A DNA stretch of 64,000 bases from Wickerhamiella versatilis (Eukaryota). Position numbers and translations under genes: made by a program. The first letter of the stretch is position 1; each line of letters opens with the position of its first letter. The stretch lies in contig JAQOWU010000001.1 in NCBI GenBank assembly GCA_030867685.1, positions 806,001 through 870,000 of the forward strand, read 5' to 3'. The notes below the pieces were generated by a model that saw only the letters and a program-made list of their open reading frames with translations, ran no database searches and was not told the origin of the DNA. Below, in pieces: positions 21,809-31,979 of the stretch.

Positions 21809-22375
21809 CAGCTGAATGTGGATCTGTAAATCCCATGATATGAATTCTAAAAGTATGGAGCCTAGTACGACAAGGTTAAACTTACGTCAATTACCTTCCT
21901 TACGAAACCCTTAAAATTAAATTTAGACTGCAAAAAGCTCTCTGTTGAATAAGCATTTGACTATGAGCTTGTAGATATTTTAGACTGTGAGAGCTGACGA
22001 GCATTCAAGCATTGCTCGTATTGTTCGTAGAGGATTGGGATGAAGCGATCAAATAACATTACACTTTTACTTAAGCCTGGTTTTCAGTAATAATAGGCTC
22101 TTTTTCGTTTGTTTGACATCCGGATTAATGTAACATTTGAATTGTGCATGAGTTGAAGTATTTGTAGAACAGAAAAGACGCTATCGAATATATTTTTTCT
22201 ACTATGGATATGCATGGCCCGAAAGTTTACGTTTCAAGCTTTGGTTATTATTCTCCCCCATCAAATCCACTCCCAAAATGTGGTTAATAATAATTATAGT
22301 TAAGTTATCCTTGCTATCTGGTGTTAATAATTCAAGGTGTGATCACTTTCTACACTTAACTTCGATTTAAGTGCA

Positions 22376-24097
22376 ATGTCTACGATATACTCAAAAAAGT
22401 GGTGGAAGAGTGCGGTGGTATATCAGGTATGGCCTGCCAGCTATAAAGACTCGAATGGTGATGGTATCGGCGATATACCTGGTATCATTTCAAGCCTCGA
22501 TTATTTGAAGGACATTGGGATTGACGTTTTATGGCTCTCCCCAATGCACAAAGGGCCTCAACACGATATGGGCTATGATATATCAGATTACCAAGCTATA
22601 TATGAGAAATATGGTACTATGGAAGATATGGACCAGTTAATAGATGGATGCCATAAAAGAGGGATCAAAATTCTCACTGACTTAGTTGTGAACCATACTT
22701 CGGATGAACATTCATGGTTTATAGAGTCCAGGTCGTCCAAAACAAACCCTAAGCGTGATTGGTATTTCTGGAGGCCGGCCAAATACGACAGCCAAGGTCA
22801 ACGTCATCCACCTAATAACTGGCGCGCATTATTCGGGGGAAGTGCTTGGAAATGGGATGAAACTACTCAGGAATATTATCTTCATCTCTTTGCACCGGAA
22901 CAGCCTGATCTAAATTGGGAGAACCCTGAAACACGGAAAGCCATTTACGAAGATGCTACTAACTTCTGGCTCAGAAAGGGCTGTGATGGATTTCGAATTG
23001 ACACAGTCAATCTTTATTCCAAAGTAACTAGCTTCCCTGACGCGCCAGTAGTTGATCCTGGGACTCCATGGCAACCAGCTGGCCAATTCTACGTTGCAGG
23101 TCCTAGAATTCATGAATTTATTCATGAAATGCATGAAAATACCTTTGCGCATTTTGATTGCATGACAGTGGGTGAGTGTCCAGGTGTACATGACCCTAAA
23201 GAGGTGAATAAGTATGTCGGTGAAAGTAGGAAAGAACTTTCTATGGTATTCCAGTTTGATCTTGTTAATGTCGGTCAGACTCCAAGTGATAAATTTCGAC
23301 TGGCTCCTTATGATCTTAAAGATATCAAGAAAATTTGCGATGGTATTCACAAAGTAATTGAAGGTACAGATGGATGGTCCACGTCCTTTATTGAGAACCA
23401 TGACCAAGGGCGGTCAGTGTCTCGCTTCCTATCGGACCTTCCTGAATATCGAGTAGAGTCTTCAAAGTTGGTTGCCACATGGATAGGAACGATGTCAGGG
23501 ACAATGTTTGTCTATCAAGGCCAGGAAATTGGCATGGTCAATATCCCTAAAAACTGGGAACCAGAGGAATATAAAGACGTAGAAAGCTCAAATTTCTACA
23601 AGGAGATGCAAAAACGCTATAACAATGATCCCAAGGTTATGAAGGAGGTCATGAAGGGCCTTCAAGTGATGGCAAGAGATAACGCACGCACTCCTGTTCA
23701 GTGGGACGATAGTCCAAATGCCGGTTTCACTACAGGCACACCCTGGATGCGTGTAAATGATTCATACAAAGACATAAATGTCAAAAATGAGGTCAATGAC
23801 CCAAATAGTCAGCTTTCCCACTGGAAGAAAGTGATAGCACTTCGAAAGAAGTACGAGGATCTCTTTGTTTACGGTGAGTTCCAGGTTCAAGACTGGGAAA
23901 ACAGAAATGTCTTTACCTATACTAAGGAAAGCAATCGCCAGAAGGCTGTGGTTTTCCTGAACTTTAGTGATCAAAAGCAGCCTTTTGCCATGCCACCCAC
24001 TGTTCATGGTAATGCTACACTGGTATTAGCCTCTGGCGATACTAAATCAGATTCGGAGCTTTCACCATACGAATCTCGTGTTTATATAGTTGGTTAG
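22376..24097 (+). CDS. GH13 alpha-glucosidase (maltase/isomaltase family)
   Basis: WWKSAVVYQVWPAS, DSNGDGIGD, DLVVNH, GFRIDT (nucleophile), TVGE, ENHD and RDNARTP. Confidence 0.95.
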   Translation: MSTIYSKKWWKSAVVYQVWPASYKDSNGDGIGDIPGIISSLDYLKDIGIDVLWLSPMHKGPQHDMGYDISDYQAIYEKYGTMEDMDQLIDGCHKRGIKILTDLVVNHTSDEHSWFIESRSSKTNPKRDWYFWRPAKYDSQGQRHPPNNWRALFGGSAWKWDETTQEYYLHLFAPEQPDLNWENPETRKAIYEDATNFWLRKGCDGFRIDTVNLYSKVTSFPDAPVVDPGTPWQPAGQFYVAGPRIHEFIHEMHENTFAHFDCMTVGECPGVHDPKEVNKYVGESRKELSMVFQFDLVNVGQTPSDKFRLAPYDLKDIKKICDGIHKVIEGTDGWSTSFIENHDQGRSVSRFLSDLPEYRVESSKLVATWIGTMSGTMFVYQGQEIGMVNIPKNWEPEEYKDVESSNFYKEMQKRYNNDPKVMKEVMKGLQVMARDNARTPVQWDDSPNAGFTTGTPWMRVNDSYKDINVKNEVNDPNSQLSHWKKVIALRKKYEDLFVYGEFQVQDWENRNVFTYTKESNRQKAVVFLNFSDQKQPFAMPPTVHGNATLVLASGDTKSDSELSPYESRVYIVG

Positions 24098-24428
24098 GCT
24101 ATGAAGTCTATTAAAATGCAAATTTCAGGAGTTGAAAGTCAAAAATCGCACTAACTCGCATCGGGTCTGTATCAATGGCGGCACATAAATTCATACATCT
24201 GGGTCACTGAGCATGTATGTAATATATTTTATGGTTTAAATGACGTCATTAATCAAAATACAGGTCTTTACTGATAGCTTAATTCGAATTTCATGCTTTT
24301 GCCTACTTCTTAATGCCTGCATACCTATTAAAAAATACAAGGCAAATCCATCCTAGAGTATAAATGTTCTAAATTATGCTGTGAGCAGCCAAAATTATCG
24401 CAAGCTAACTAAGTCTATAAGTATCAAC

Positions 24429-25364
24429 CTAAAAGTATTTTATCGCTTGATTCAACACTTCAAAGTATTTGTCTGAATCCAAGTCATCCACGTAGTAGGC
24501 ATTGGCTTTTCGGCCAGAGATTCCCCACCAATCTACAATGGATGTACCACGAGTGTAAGTACCACGAGTCTCTACTTCGACATTCACGTGCCTTCCGGAA
24601 AATATTTCGGGATATAAAAGAAATACAGTCACAGTGGGATCATGCAAAGGGCCACCATCTGTACCTTTCAGCGCTATGTCAAACCTTTTAATAGTTGTAA
24701 TCAGGTGATAAAATGCTTCAGACACTGGGCTATTAATCGCCTTGATCGCTTGCATTCGTTCTTTCGTGGTAAGCGCTTTGTGGGTACAATCGAGGGGTAG
24801 AAGCACAATACTCACTGGCAAGGACATGACCTTTGCAGCTGCTTCAGGATCCACATAAAAGTTGTATTCCGCTGCAGGTGATATGTTTCCAGCCTCAGAG
24901 CGTGCGCCGCCCATAAGTATGATCTGTTCAATCTTTTCAACAATTCTGGGCTCCTTGATGAGTGCAAGTGCGATATTTGTAAGAGGTGCTAGGCAACAGA
25001 GGGTAACAGAATGATTCTTCTCCGACATTAATATGTCAACTATTTTGTCTGGAGCATAGCCCTCGGATAAGCGTAAGGAAGGAGGTGGGAGTTCATAACC
25101 ATCGAAACCCGTAGCTCCGTGCACATGGGTCGCAGTTTGCAGGGAGGCTGCAATTGGTCCTGGTGCTCCAGCATATACTGGAATGTCTCTACGGTCAATT
25201 AACTCAAGCGTCATCAGGGCATTGCGCGATGTATATTCCAGAGGTACATTGCCTCCTACCGTCGTAATTGCAAGAAGCTCCACCTCCTTGGGGTGCGAAA
25301 GCGCAACCAACACTGCCAATGAATCGTCTGGTGACGGATCAGTGTCAATGATTATCTTCCTCAT
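24429..25364 (-). CDS. Inosine/uridine-preferring nucleoside hydrolase
   Basis: MRKIIIDTDPSPDD (DxDxxxDD), GNV, HVHG..G, PLTNIA, MGG, AEYNFYVDPEAA and LHDP. First in-frame ATG is at 25364. Confidence 0.92.
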   Translation of the reverse strand: MRKIIIDTDPSPDDSLAVLVALSHPKEVELLAITTVGGNVPLEYTSRNALMTLELIDRRDIPVYAGAPGPIAASLQTATHVHGATGFDGYELPPPSLRLSEGYAPDKIVDILMSEKNHSVTLCCLAPLTNIALALIKEPRIVEKIEQIILMGGARSEAGNISPAAEYNFYVDPEAAAKVMSLPVSIVLLPLDCTHKALTTKERMQAIKAINSPVSEAFYHLITTIKRFDIALKGTDGGPLHDPTVTVFLLYPEIFSGRHVNVEVETRGTYTRGTSIVDWWGISGRKANAYYVDDLDSDKYFEVLNQAIKYF

Positions 25365-26062
25365 ATTATCGTTCGCAGTGTTAGGATATCGATTACGAAT
25401 GGAATCTTTGTAAGACACATGGAGCCAATTTCCCTGGATTATATGAATTAATTTAGATGCCGCTAACCATCATGGTGCACAGTTATTCCGCTCAGAGAAT
25501 TTGGAACTTCTTAACGATCATTATGAGAACAAATAAAAACGTACGATTGGAGGTAGTGAGAATGTGGAAGATGTACGAAACTGCATGGTATGAAGACCAT
25601 TTCCGTGATAATTATTAGCGATTGCAAAGTTCGCTGACCACATCGATGATCTTGGGTACAAACATAAATACTCTGGTACATTACAGTCAACAACGAGCTA
25701 CTTGGCACGATGTAAAACAGACAGTTAAGCTCATCGGCTTTACCCTATAAATTATCACCTCAATTTGTTGACTTTAGCTAGGATATTCGGCGATTCTTAG
25801 AAAATCATTTGATGTCGCTGTGCGTTAATGCCCGACTAATGAAGGTGGTTGTTGCTTGGTGATAATAAAGAAATTATCAAAAAAAAAGTAACAAAATTCT
25901 CAGCCTCATATGCCAAATTACCATCATTAGCTAGAGCATTACCCGGCCTTATACAGGCAACCCAGCTACTCATTACCTTATTCAGGTGTCATAGTTATCC
26001 CCCAAGAGCATTTCCGCTAAATTCGAGTGCTGTAACCTATTCAAAATGAATAATTATCATTT

Positions 26063-27193
26063 TCAATCTCTGAAGCATTTAGGGTCTACAATCATCGGCT
26101 CCTCAATTGAAGAACCTAGTTCGCGGCCTAAGTCACTTAAAATTTGAGTAAGTGTTCGACGATGATGTCCCTCGAAGCCTACAACTGGTTCCGCCTGGAG
26201 CAATGCATCTACAATTGCTCCCTCAGTAGCGTCTGCAGCTGCGCGAAAGAGATCGTCAATGTCATCATCCAGAACGTATTCAGAGCACGTAGTATTCGTA
26301 CTCACTGCGATGCAAATATCACCAGAACCATTTCCCCAAAATGCACCTGTCCTTCCTATCCCCACCCCAGCTCGGTGAGCTAGACGATTAAGTCGACGTG
26401 CATCGAGTGGGGCGTCTGTGGCCAGTACAACAATAATGGAACCTTTCTCTTTAGAGAATTCCGCCTGTGCTTGAAGGTGGTGTGAAAGCCAGCCCCCAAG
26501 GCCTATTCCGCTAAGGGTAAAATCCTTAGGATCTCCAAAATTAGCGAGCACTAATGCACCTACAGAAAAGTTTCCCATGGAGGATTTGGCTTTTCTGGAT
26601 GCGCTCCCAATGCCACCTTTCATACCGAAACAGCTCATTCCCCTCCCAGCACCCACGGATCCTCGGGGAAAATTGCTGGTAACAGTCTCTATTGCCTTGA
26701 TACCGTGATCGGCTGTGATCTTTTGCGATTGAAGATTATTCAAAAAGCTATCGTTGCACTCCAGCACAACAGGGTTGAATGTAGGCAGCTCGCGACCTAG
26801 TCGGGGATCGACTGAGGACGCCCAGCGTACCGATGCATCAAATAGAGAGCCGATGCTGTACGTATTTCCTAACATAATAGGGCCAGAGAGTAGCCCTAGC
26901 TCATGTATTTGTACCAGCCCAGCTGGTTTGCCAAACCCATTAAGGACAGCATATCCACATGCAAGTTCACGCTCTAGTGGTATAGCTCCAAAGTCAATTG
27001 CAGTGCATCCTGTCTGGATCTCACCCCCGTCGAGAGTAACATGACCAACCTGAACACCATCGACATCTGATAGCAAATTGAAGTTTCCAGTGGGTACACG
27101 AGGTTTTATCCATATTCCCTGCTCTCGGTACCGACGAACTAGAAATGCTGCAGTCTCCCTCTCGAAATCATCCCACTCATAGGTCACCACCAT
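26063..27193 (-). CDS. DmpA-like P1/S58 peptidase (L-aminopeptidase/D-Ala esterase-amidase family)
   Basis: N..SDVDGVQVGH.TL, NGFGK..G..Q..ELG, PVVLECND, GSVGAG.GM, KGGIGSAS, ANFG, GSIIVV.ATDAPL and GNGSGD (autocleavage Gly-Ser). Confidence 0.92.
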   Translation of the reverse strand: MVVTYEWDDFERETAAFLVRRYREQGIWIKPRVPTGNFNLLSDVDGVQVGHVTLDGGEIQTGCTAIDFGAIPLERELACGYAVLNGFGKPAGLVQIHELGLLSGPIMLGNTYSIGSLFDASVRWASSVDPRLGRELPTFNPVVLECNDSFLNNLQSQKITADHGIKAIETVTSNFPRGSVGAGRGMSCFGMKGGIGSASRKAKSSMGNFSVGALVLANFGDPKDFTLSGIGLGGWLSHHLQAQAEFSKEKGSIIVVLATDAPLDARRLNRLAHRAGVGIGRTGAFWGNGSGDICIAVSTNTTCSEYVLDDDIDDLFRAAADATEGAIVDALLQAEPVVGFEGHHRRTLTQILSDLGRELGSSIEEPMIVDPKCFRD

Positions 27194-27775
27194 CCCATGA
27201 AGGATCAGCCTGAGATAATTGTTTACTTAATACAGTACTTGGTCACACGAGGCAGAAATAAAAGAGCCGAACAAATATTTTTGGATATTAAAGGCTAATG
27301 TAAATAAATATGCATATTGTAATGTCTGAAGTGAATTGGTAAATGTAGGTAGTTTCTTGAGAAGTCTAGTATTGGTATCTTGCTCGGATAACATATTCCT
27401 GGACGTCTTTTTTATAACGACAGCAAACATCTAATATAGAAGAAGTCTCTGTGGAGCACTATATCTCTGTTATTTATAACCTGGTAGGTCCAGATATTCT
27501 GTATCAAACTAAACAGGATAAAGTGGGACGGATAATAAGATTCGGCCTAGAAGTCTTATTAAGTGCGATTCTATAAAACTGCAACTAAACCAAAATCAAC
27601 AAATAATCTTAGTGTGTTTGATATCAGTCGTTTGACTGTTCAATGATTTGCCTTCCTGATCTGGAAATTATCATATCTCCGAAGGAGTACCCTTTATCAG
27701 CGAGCCACTTGCTTATATAAAGCCATCAGCATCTCTCAGAGCGACCCATCGGAAGCGAGTGAAGCCAAAACAAAA

Positions 27776-29380
27776 ATGAAGGCACCAAATGACCCCTTTA
27801 TTCCTAGTGCGATGCCTAAAAGTTTTGCACTTCCATCTGGAAAAACAGCACTTGTAATTATTGACATGCAACGTGACTTTATTGCTGAAGGAGGTTACGG
27901 AATGTATCAATGTCCCTCCGCGGCTATTTTTGCAAAGGTATCATCTATTGTTATAGCATTAAAAAAGGTTCTGGAGGAAACCAGAAAGACAGATATAACC
28001 GTGATTCATACCCGTGAAGGGCACGACCCCGATTTGAATGATTGTGCTGCCACAAAGAGGGTGCGCCAAAGGTCTGCTAATCCAGAAAGACACAAGTTAT
28101 GTATTGGAGAGAAGGGACCATTGGGGAGGCTATTAGTTCGAGGAGAATTCGGCCATGAAATCGTTGATGAGCTCAAACCCCTACCAGGCGAAATTGTGCT
28201 GGATAAACCAGGCAAGGGATCGTTCTTCAATACTTCGCTATACCATATTCTGACTTCACGTGGAATTACGCATCTTATTTTGTGTGGTGTGACTGCAGAG
28301 TGCTGTGTATCGACAACATTACGGGAGGCTAATGATCGAGGATTCGAGTGCTGTGTTCTTACTGACTGCACAGAGGGCTTTGATACCGAGATTACACAAG
28401 CTTACAAGAAGCTTTATAGCTCTTATGACGGCTTGTTTGGTTATAGCTGTACTAGCTGTGAATATCTTGATTCTTTAAGAAACGTACCCAGCTATATGAG
28501 GCAAAGTGATAAAGAAATACCCTTAAATGGATATTCATTCTTCATCACTGAAAAAATACCTGAAGCATCTCTTGTTGTCGAAAGGTTAAAGTCGAAGGGT
28601 GCCCAAATAATTGGATCAGTCGAAAGTTCCCAACATTATACTGCCCAACATAAAACTTTTCTCCTTGACATAGATACCTACGGTGAAATTTATACCAGAC
28701 TTCAAGTAGGCTGTGTATTCTCACCGACATTTGGAACGGTACCCATTACAGACACTGCACCTTTATGTCCATCATTCGATAAAATTGCTATTGTTTCCTT
28801 CAACTCAAAGGAAGCACGAGCTATATGGGTTGAATTGCTTGATTTGAACCCTATGGATCCTTACTTTCGCAATTTTAGATGTTTCCCAACACCAGCAGTC
28901 AACCCGTACGGGCTTCACATCAAGCCTAAAATTGGAATCCTTGGACAAATGGGCTCCATGCCTGATTTTGAGACCAAGTTACTTTCACTGATACCACAAG
29001 CCAAAACAATATTACTTGATCAACTACTTTTTCAGGAAGGGTCTAATATAGGTAAAATATTGCAACACCAACAGAGTGGGCTACTTTCTCCGAGCATGAG
29101 ACAGAAATATGTACGTGAAATCAAAAACGAACATATCATTTCTGCGAAGCACGCAGCCTTGCTTCAGTTTCAATTGCTTAAGGTAACAAAAAAGATCAAG
29201 TATATTTTTGAATCAAACCAAATACAAGCAATGTTGGTAGCAAAAGAATCAGAAGTCTTTGGTATGATCAACTCTTTGGACTTATGTGCATTTGTATCTT
29301 CTAAGTCAAATTTCGTCATGCTTATTTCCGCTGGTCTCGACTGGAGACTGATAGACTTGGCTGAGTGCTTAGATATGTAA
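27776..29380 (+). CDS. Biuret/triuret-hydrolase-like isochorismatase domain fused to a degenerate amidase-like C-terminal domain
   Basis: IIDMQRDF..GGYG, HTREGH.PDL, GRLLVRGE.G, DKPGKG.F and CCVSTT.REANDRGFEC give the Asp-Lys-Cys triad. The C-terminal half retains LKSKGAQIIG, DIDTYGE and PTFGTVP....PLCPSFD. Confidence 0.8.
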   Translation: MKAPNDPFIPSAMPKSFALPSGKTALVIIDMQRDFIAEGGYGMYQCPSAAIFAKVSSIVIALKKVLEETRKTDITVIHTREGHDPDLNDCAATKRVRQRSANPERHKLCIGEKGPLGRLLVRGEFGHEIVDELKPLPGEIVLDKPGKGSFFNTSLYHILTSRGITHLILCGVTAECCVSTTLREANDRGFECCVLTDCTEGFDTEITQAYKKLYSSYDGLFGYSCTSCEYLDSLRNVPSYMRQSDKEIPLNGYSFFITEKIPEASLVVERLKSKGAQIIGSVESSQHYTAQHKTFLLDIDTYGEIYTRLQVGCVFSPTFGTVPITDTAPLCPSFDKIAIVSFNSKEARAIWVELLDLNPMDPYFRNFRCFPTPAVNPYGLHIKPKIGILGQMGSMPDFETKLLSLIPQAKTILLDQLLFQEGSNIGKILQHQQSGLLSPSMRQKYVREIKNEHIISAKHAALLQFQLLKVTKKIKYIFESNQIQAMLVAKESEVFGMINSLDLCAFVSSKSNFVMLISAGLDWRLIDLAECLDM

Positions 29381-29421
29381 CTATAGTGCCAGGGAAGAAC
29401 CGTCATAAAGGAAATCAGAGC

Positions 29422-31560
29422 TTAGAAGTCTTGCTTTCGGAATGCCTGCTTAACTGATTGAATTTCAATTTCAAGGCTGTTGTAGTATTGATGAATCCAA
29501 TGTAAAGATTTATTCAAAAAATTTGCACCTGCGCTTTGGTTTACAATAATTACCCACCGTAGCTCCTCAATTTTATCAAGACATTGCATTTTAATTTGGG
29601 GGTCTTCAGTTGTAGTAAATAGTAGAAATCCGAATGTAGGAATCAATGAGAAAGCACGTGTGACAAAACCGAACCAGAACGCTTTCAAGTGTTGTACTTC
29701 AAGACCACCCAAAAAAGATACTGTATGAGTTAAGAGATTCAAAGATGCGCTATAGACCTGCGCCTTCAAATCCAAGAACTCATCGGCCTGAGTTTTGGAG
29801 AGAAACTTCACCAACCTTTTAAATAATGCCATGGCAAGCACAAAATAACCTATATGCAAACTGGCATTTGCACAAAATTGACCTGATTTTGTCTTTCTCA
29901 TTCGCAGTCGTGGGCTAAGTTGAGAATACCACGCGCTCATCTTCACTCGTAAAACACTGGTCAACTCTAGCTCATGAGCTAAGAGCTCTCGGGTACTGAT
30001 ACTTCTATCAGTCTTGTCTAACCCACTTAATCCACAAGTGTTATAGATTGTTTCCAATATTTCTGATAATATCCTGGTTAGCTTCACCATTTCAACGAAT
30101 AGAAGTACACTATCATAAGTACTAACCCAGTCTTGAGTCTCTATGTCTCTTTCTGGCGAGTCTCGCATGAGTAAATCACAAAAATCAGATTCTAACGAAA
30201 GTTCGGGAACATTCCAGTTATTATGATGAATGAAGGATGGTCTCCCTGCAGTCAAAGCCCACCATTTATCTTCCATGAATACAGCCCATGCAAGTCTATT
30301 CCGAAGCTGCTTTTCCCATAGGGGAATTTCCCAACTACTGCAATCTACATGAAGGCCAAGTTCATAGCTAGCGCCTATCAATTGAGACAGAAGTAGCCAA
30401 GACACAGTACGCGACGAACCTTGAAGCGTATCATGCTGTTGCAATAGAAGAAGACCAGTTTGTACCGTAGATAGTGTGGGATAACCAATCTCTTGTTTAA
30501 GAAAGTCATAAGACATACCAATTAATAGCTCACTAGATGGCATTGTAGTATTAATTAGAGAACTGTCATATTTGACCCAATTAAGACCGAATGAAAAGAT
30601 AGATGCCAGTATGGAAGGTGTGAGCTCATACACTGATCGATTGAATTTATCCAGCAAAGTAGTTTTGTGGATAATTGGATAACAGCGTATAACGTACTTG
30701 GTAAATGCGCTCATTAATACTGTATTTAAATTCCCAATACGGTCTTGTAATTTTCTCATTTCACATACATATTCCGGGTTCAGGTTCACGGTATTTCCGT
30801 CGAAGGTACCTTCGACATCTCTTTCCTGGAGCACTACAAACGACTCCGTTTCTTTGCTTGGCGAATCACATGAATTAACACTTTTGATGCTTCCAGTAAG
30901 TGCTCGCTTCATGAGCTCATTAGATTTTATAAGTGGATCTGTGGATACGTTCCATTCCTCTGAAAGCTTGCTAGAGAGACATAGTGTGCCTTTCTCATTA
31001 AACTTGCAGTGGCTCAGGACTGATGAGTCTAGTTCTCCTGTAGGACCAACGTATGATAGAAAACGATTACACTGAAGTCCAAGCGTTTTGTGAAGAGAAG
31101 ACTCTTCCAAAGTATCATAATCGGGCAAAGGAACCACAATATCTGCGGCCTTAGCAAAGTCGTTTGGTCCAGGCGGAAATATTTTAACATTTCCTAAACA
31201 GAAGGGGTCATTCATCCAGTCCTTGTCTTTTTCAAAGCTATCATTGATATCTGTGATAATATTGTGCTGGACACGAGGTATCTGGTCGTTTATCATAGGT
31301 GACCGAGCCTCTCGGATAGAGAAGGCTGGCTTCTCATTCCATGGTGCTGGTTCCATAACATCCTTTTCATCTCTAGGTTTCAAATTCGTTCTACGGCGCT
31401 CGTTAACGTGCGCACTTGGATTATTAGGGAAAATACACTCCCTACCATAAAAGGAACACAGCAGACAGGAGCTGTCACCCAATTTCATCAAACTGCATCT
31501 TGCTTTACGTTTCCTACAGCTCAAGCATGATCTTCGCGGCTTTACACCTCTCGCATGCAT
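29422..31560 (-). CDS. Zn2Cys6 transcription factor, DAL81/TamA-like
   Basis: CLSCRKRKARC......CLLC......C; Fungal_trans region LSTVQTGLLLLQ and ELGLHVDCSSWEIPLWEK.LR.RLAWAVFMEDKW.AL..GRPS. First ATG is at 31560. Confidence 0.88.
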   Translation of the reverse strand: MHARGVKPRRSCLSCRKRKARCSLMKLGDSSCLLCSFYGRECIFPNNPSAHVNERRRTNLKPRDEKDVMEPAPWNEKPAFSIREARSPMINDQIPRVQHNIITDINDSFEKDKDWMNDPFCLGNVKIFPPGPNDFAKAADIVVPLPDYDTLEESSLHKTLGLQCNRFLSYVGPTGELDSSVLSHCKFNEKGTLCLSSKLSEEWNVSTDPLIKSNELMKRALTGSIKSVNSCDSPSKETESFVVLQERDVEGTFDGNTVNLNPEYVCEMRKLQDRIGNLNTVLMSAFTKYVIRCYPIIHKTTLLDKFNRSVYELTPSILASIFSFGLNWVKYDSSLINTTMPSSELLIGMSYDFLKQEIGYPTLSTVQTGLLLLQQHDTLQGSSRTVSWLLLSQLIGASYELGLHVDCSSWEIPLWEKQLRNRLAWAVFMEDKWWALTAGRPSFIHHNNWNVPELSLESDFCDLLMRDSPERDIETQDWVSTYDSVLLFVEMVKLTRILSEILETIYNTCGLSGLDKTDRSISTRELLAHELELTSVLRVKMSAWYSQLSPRLRMRKTKSGQFCANASLHIGYFVLAMALFKRLVKFLSKTQADEFLDLKAQVYSASLNLLTHTVSFLGGLEVQHLKAFWFGFVTRAFSLIPTFGFLLFTTTEDPQIKMQCLDKIEELRWVIIVNQSAGANFLNKSLHWIHQYYNSLEIEIQSVKQAFRKQDF

Positions 31561-31768
31561 GTAGACATATATGTAAGGACAAGTAAGTCTGTAGCTCACT
31601 ATTATTACTCAGATACTCACAGCACTGCTACGTTTCTACCGAAGATTTCCGAGATGAATATGTATACATTGCGTCCAAAAAAAACTTTAACAAGCCCTGA
31701 AAACGCTATATAACCTGCGATCCTTCCTACCAACTCTAGATGCGACTGTCAAACTACTCCACTCTGCC

Positions 31769-31784
31769 TATATATATATATATA
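31769..31784. repeat. (TA)8 microsatellite in the divergent TF/NCS1 promoter
   Basis: tatatatatatatata read directly from the sequence. Confidence 0.8.
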
Positions 31785-31979
31785 TTGATTCCTAGTTACC
31801 GCCTTGTTGTTGCTTGTGAACTTTTATGGTGTTACTGTGGCTGCTTCCCTTTCACCCGTAGGGTCTACTTGATTAGGAAAGCTCCGGCGGGATGGAGATA
31901 AGAGCAATTAGGTAACCAGTTGAAAGTCATTTAGCATGAATAAATAAATTTGAGCTGAAGTAGTGGGCCATTATTTCCC

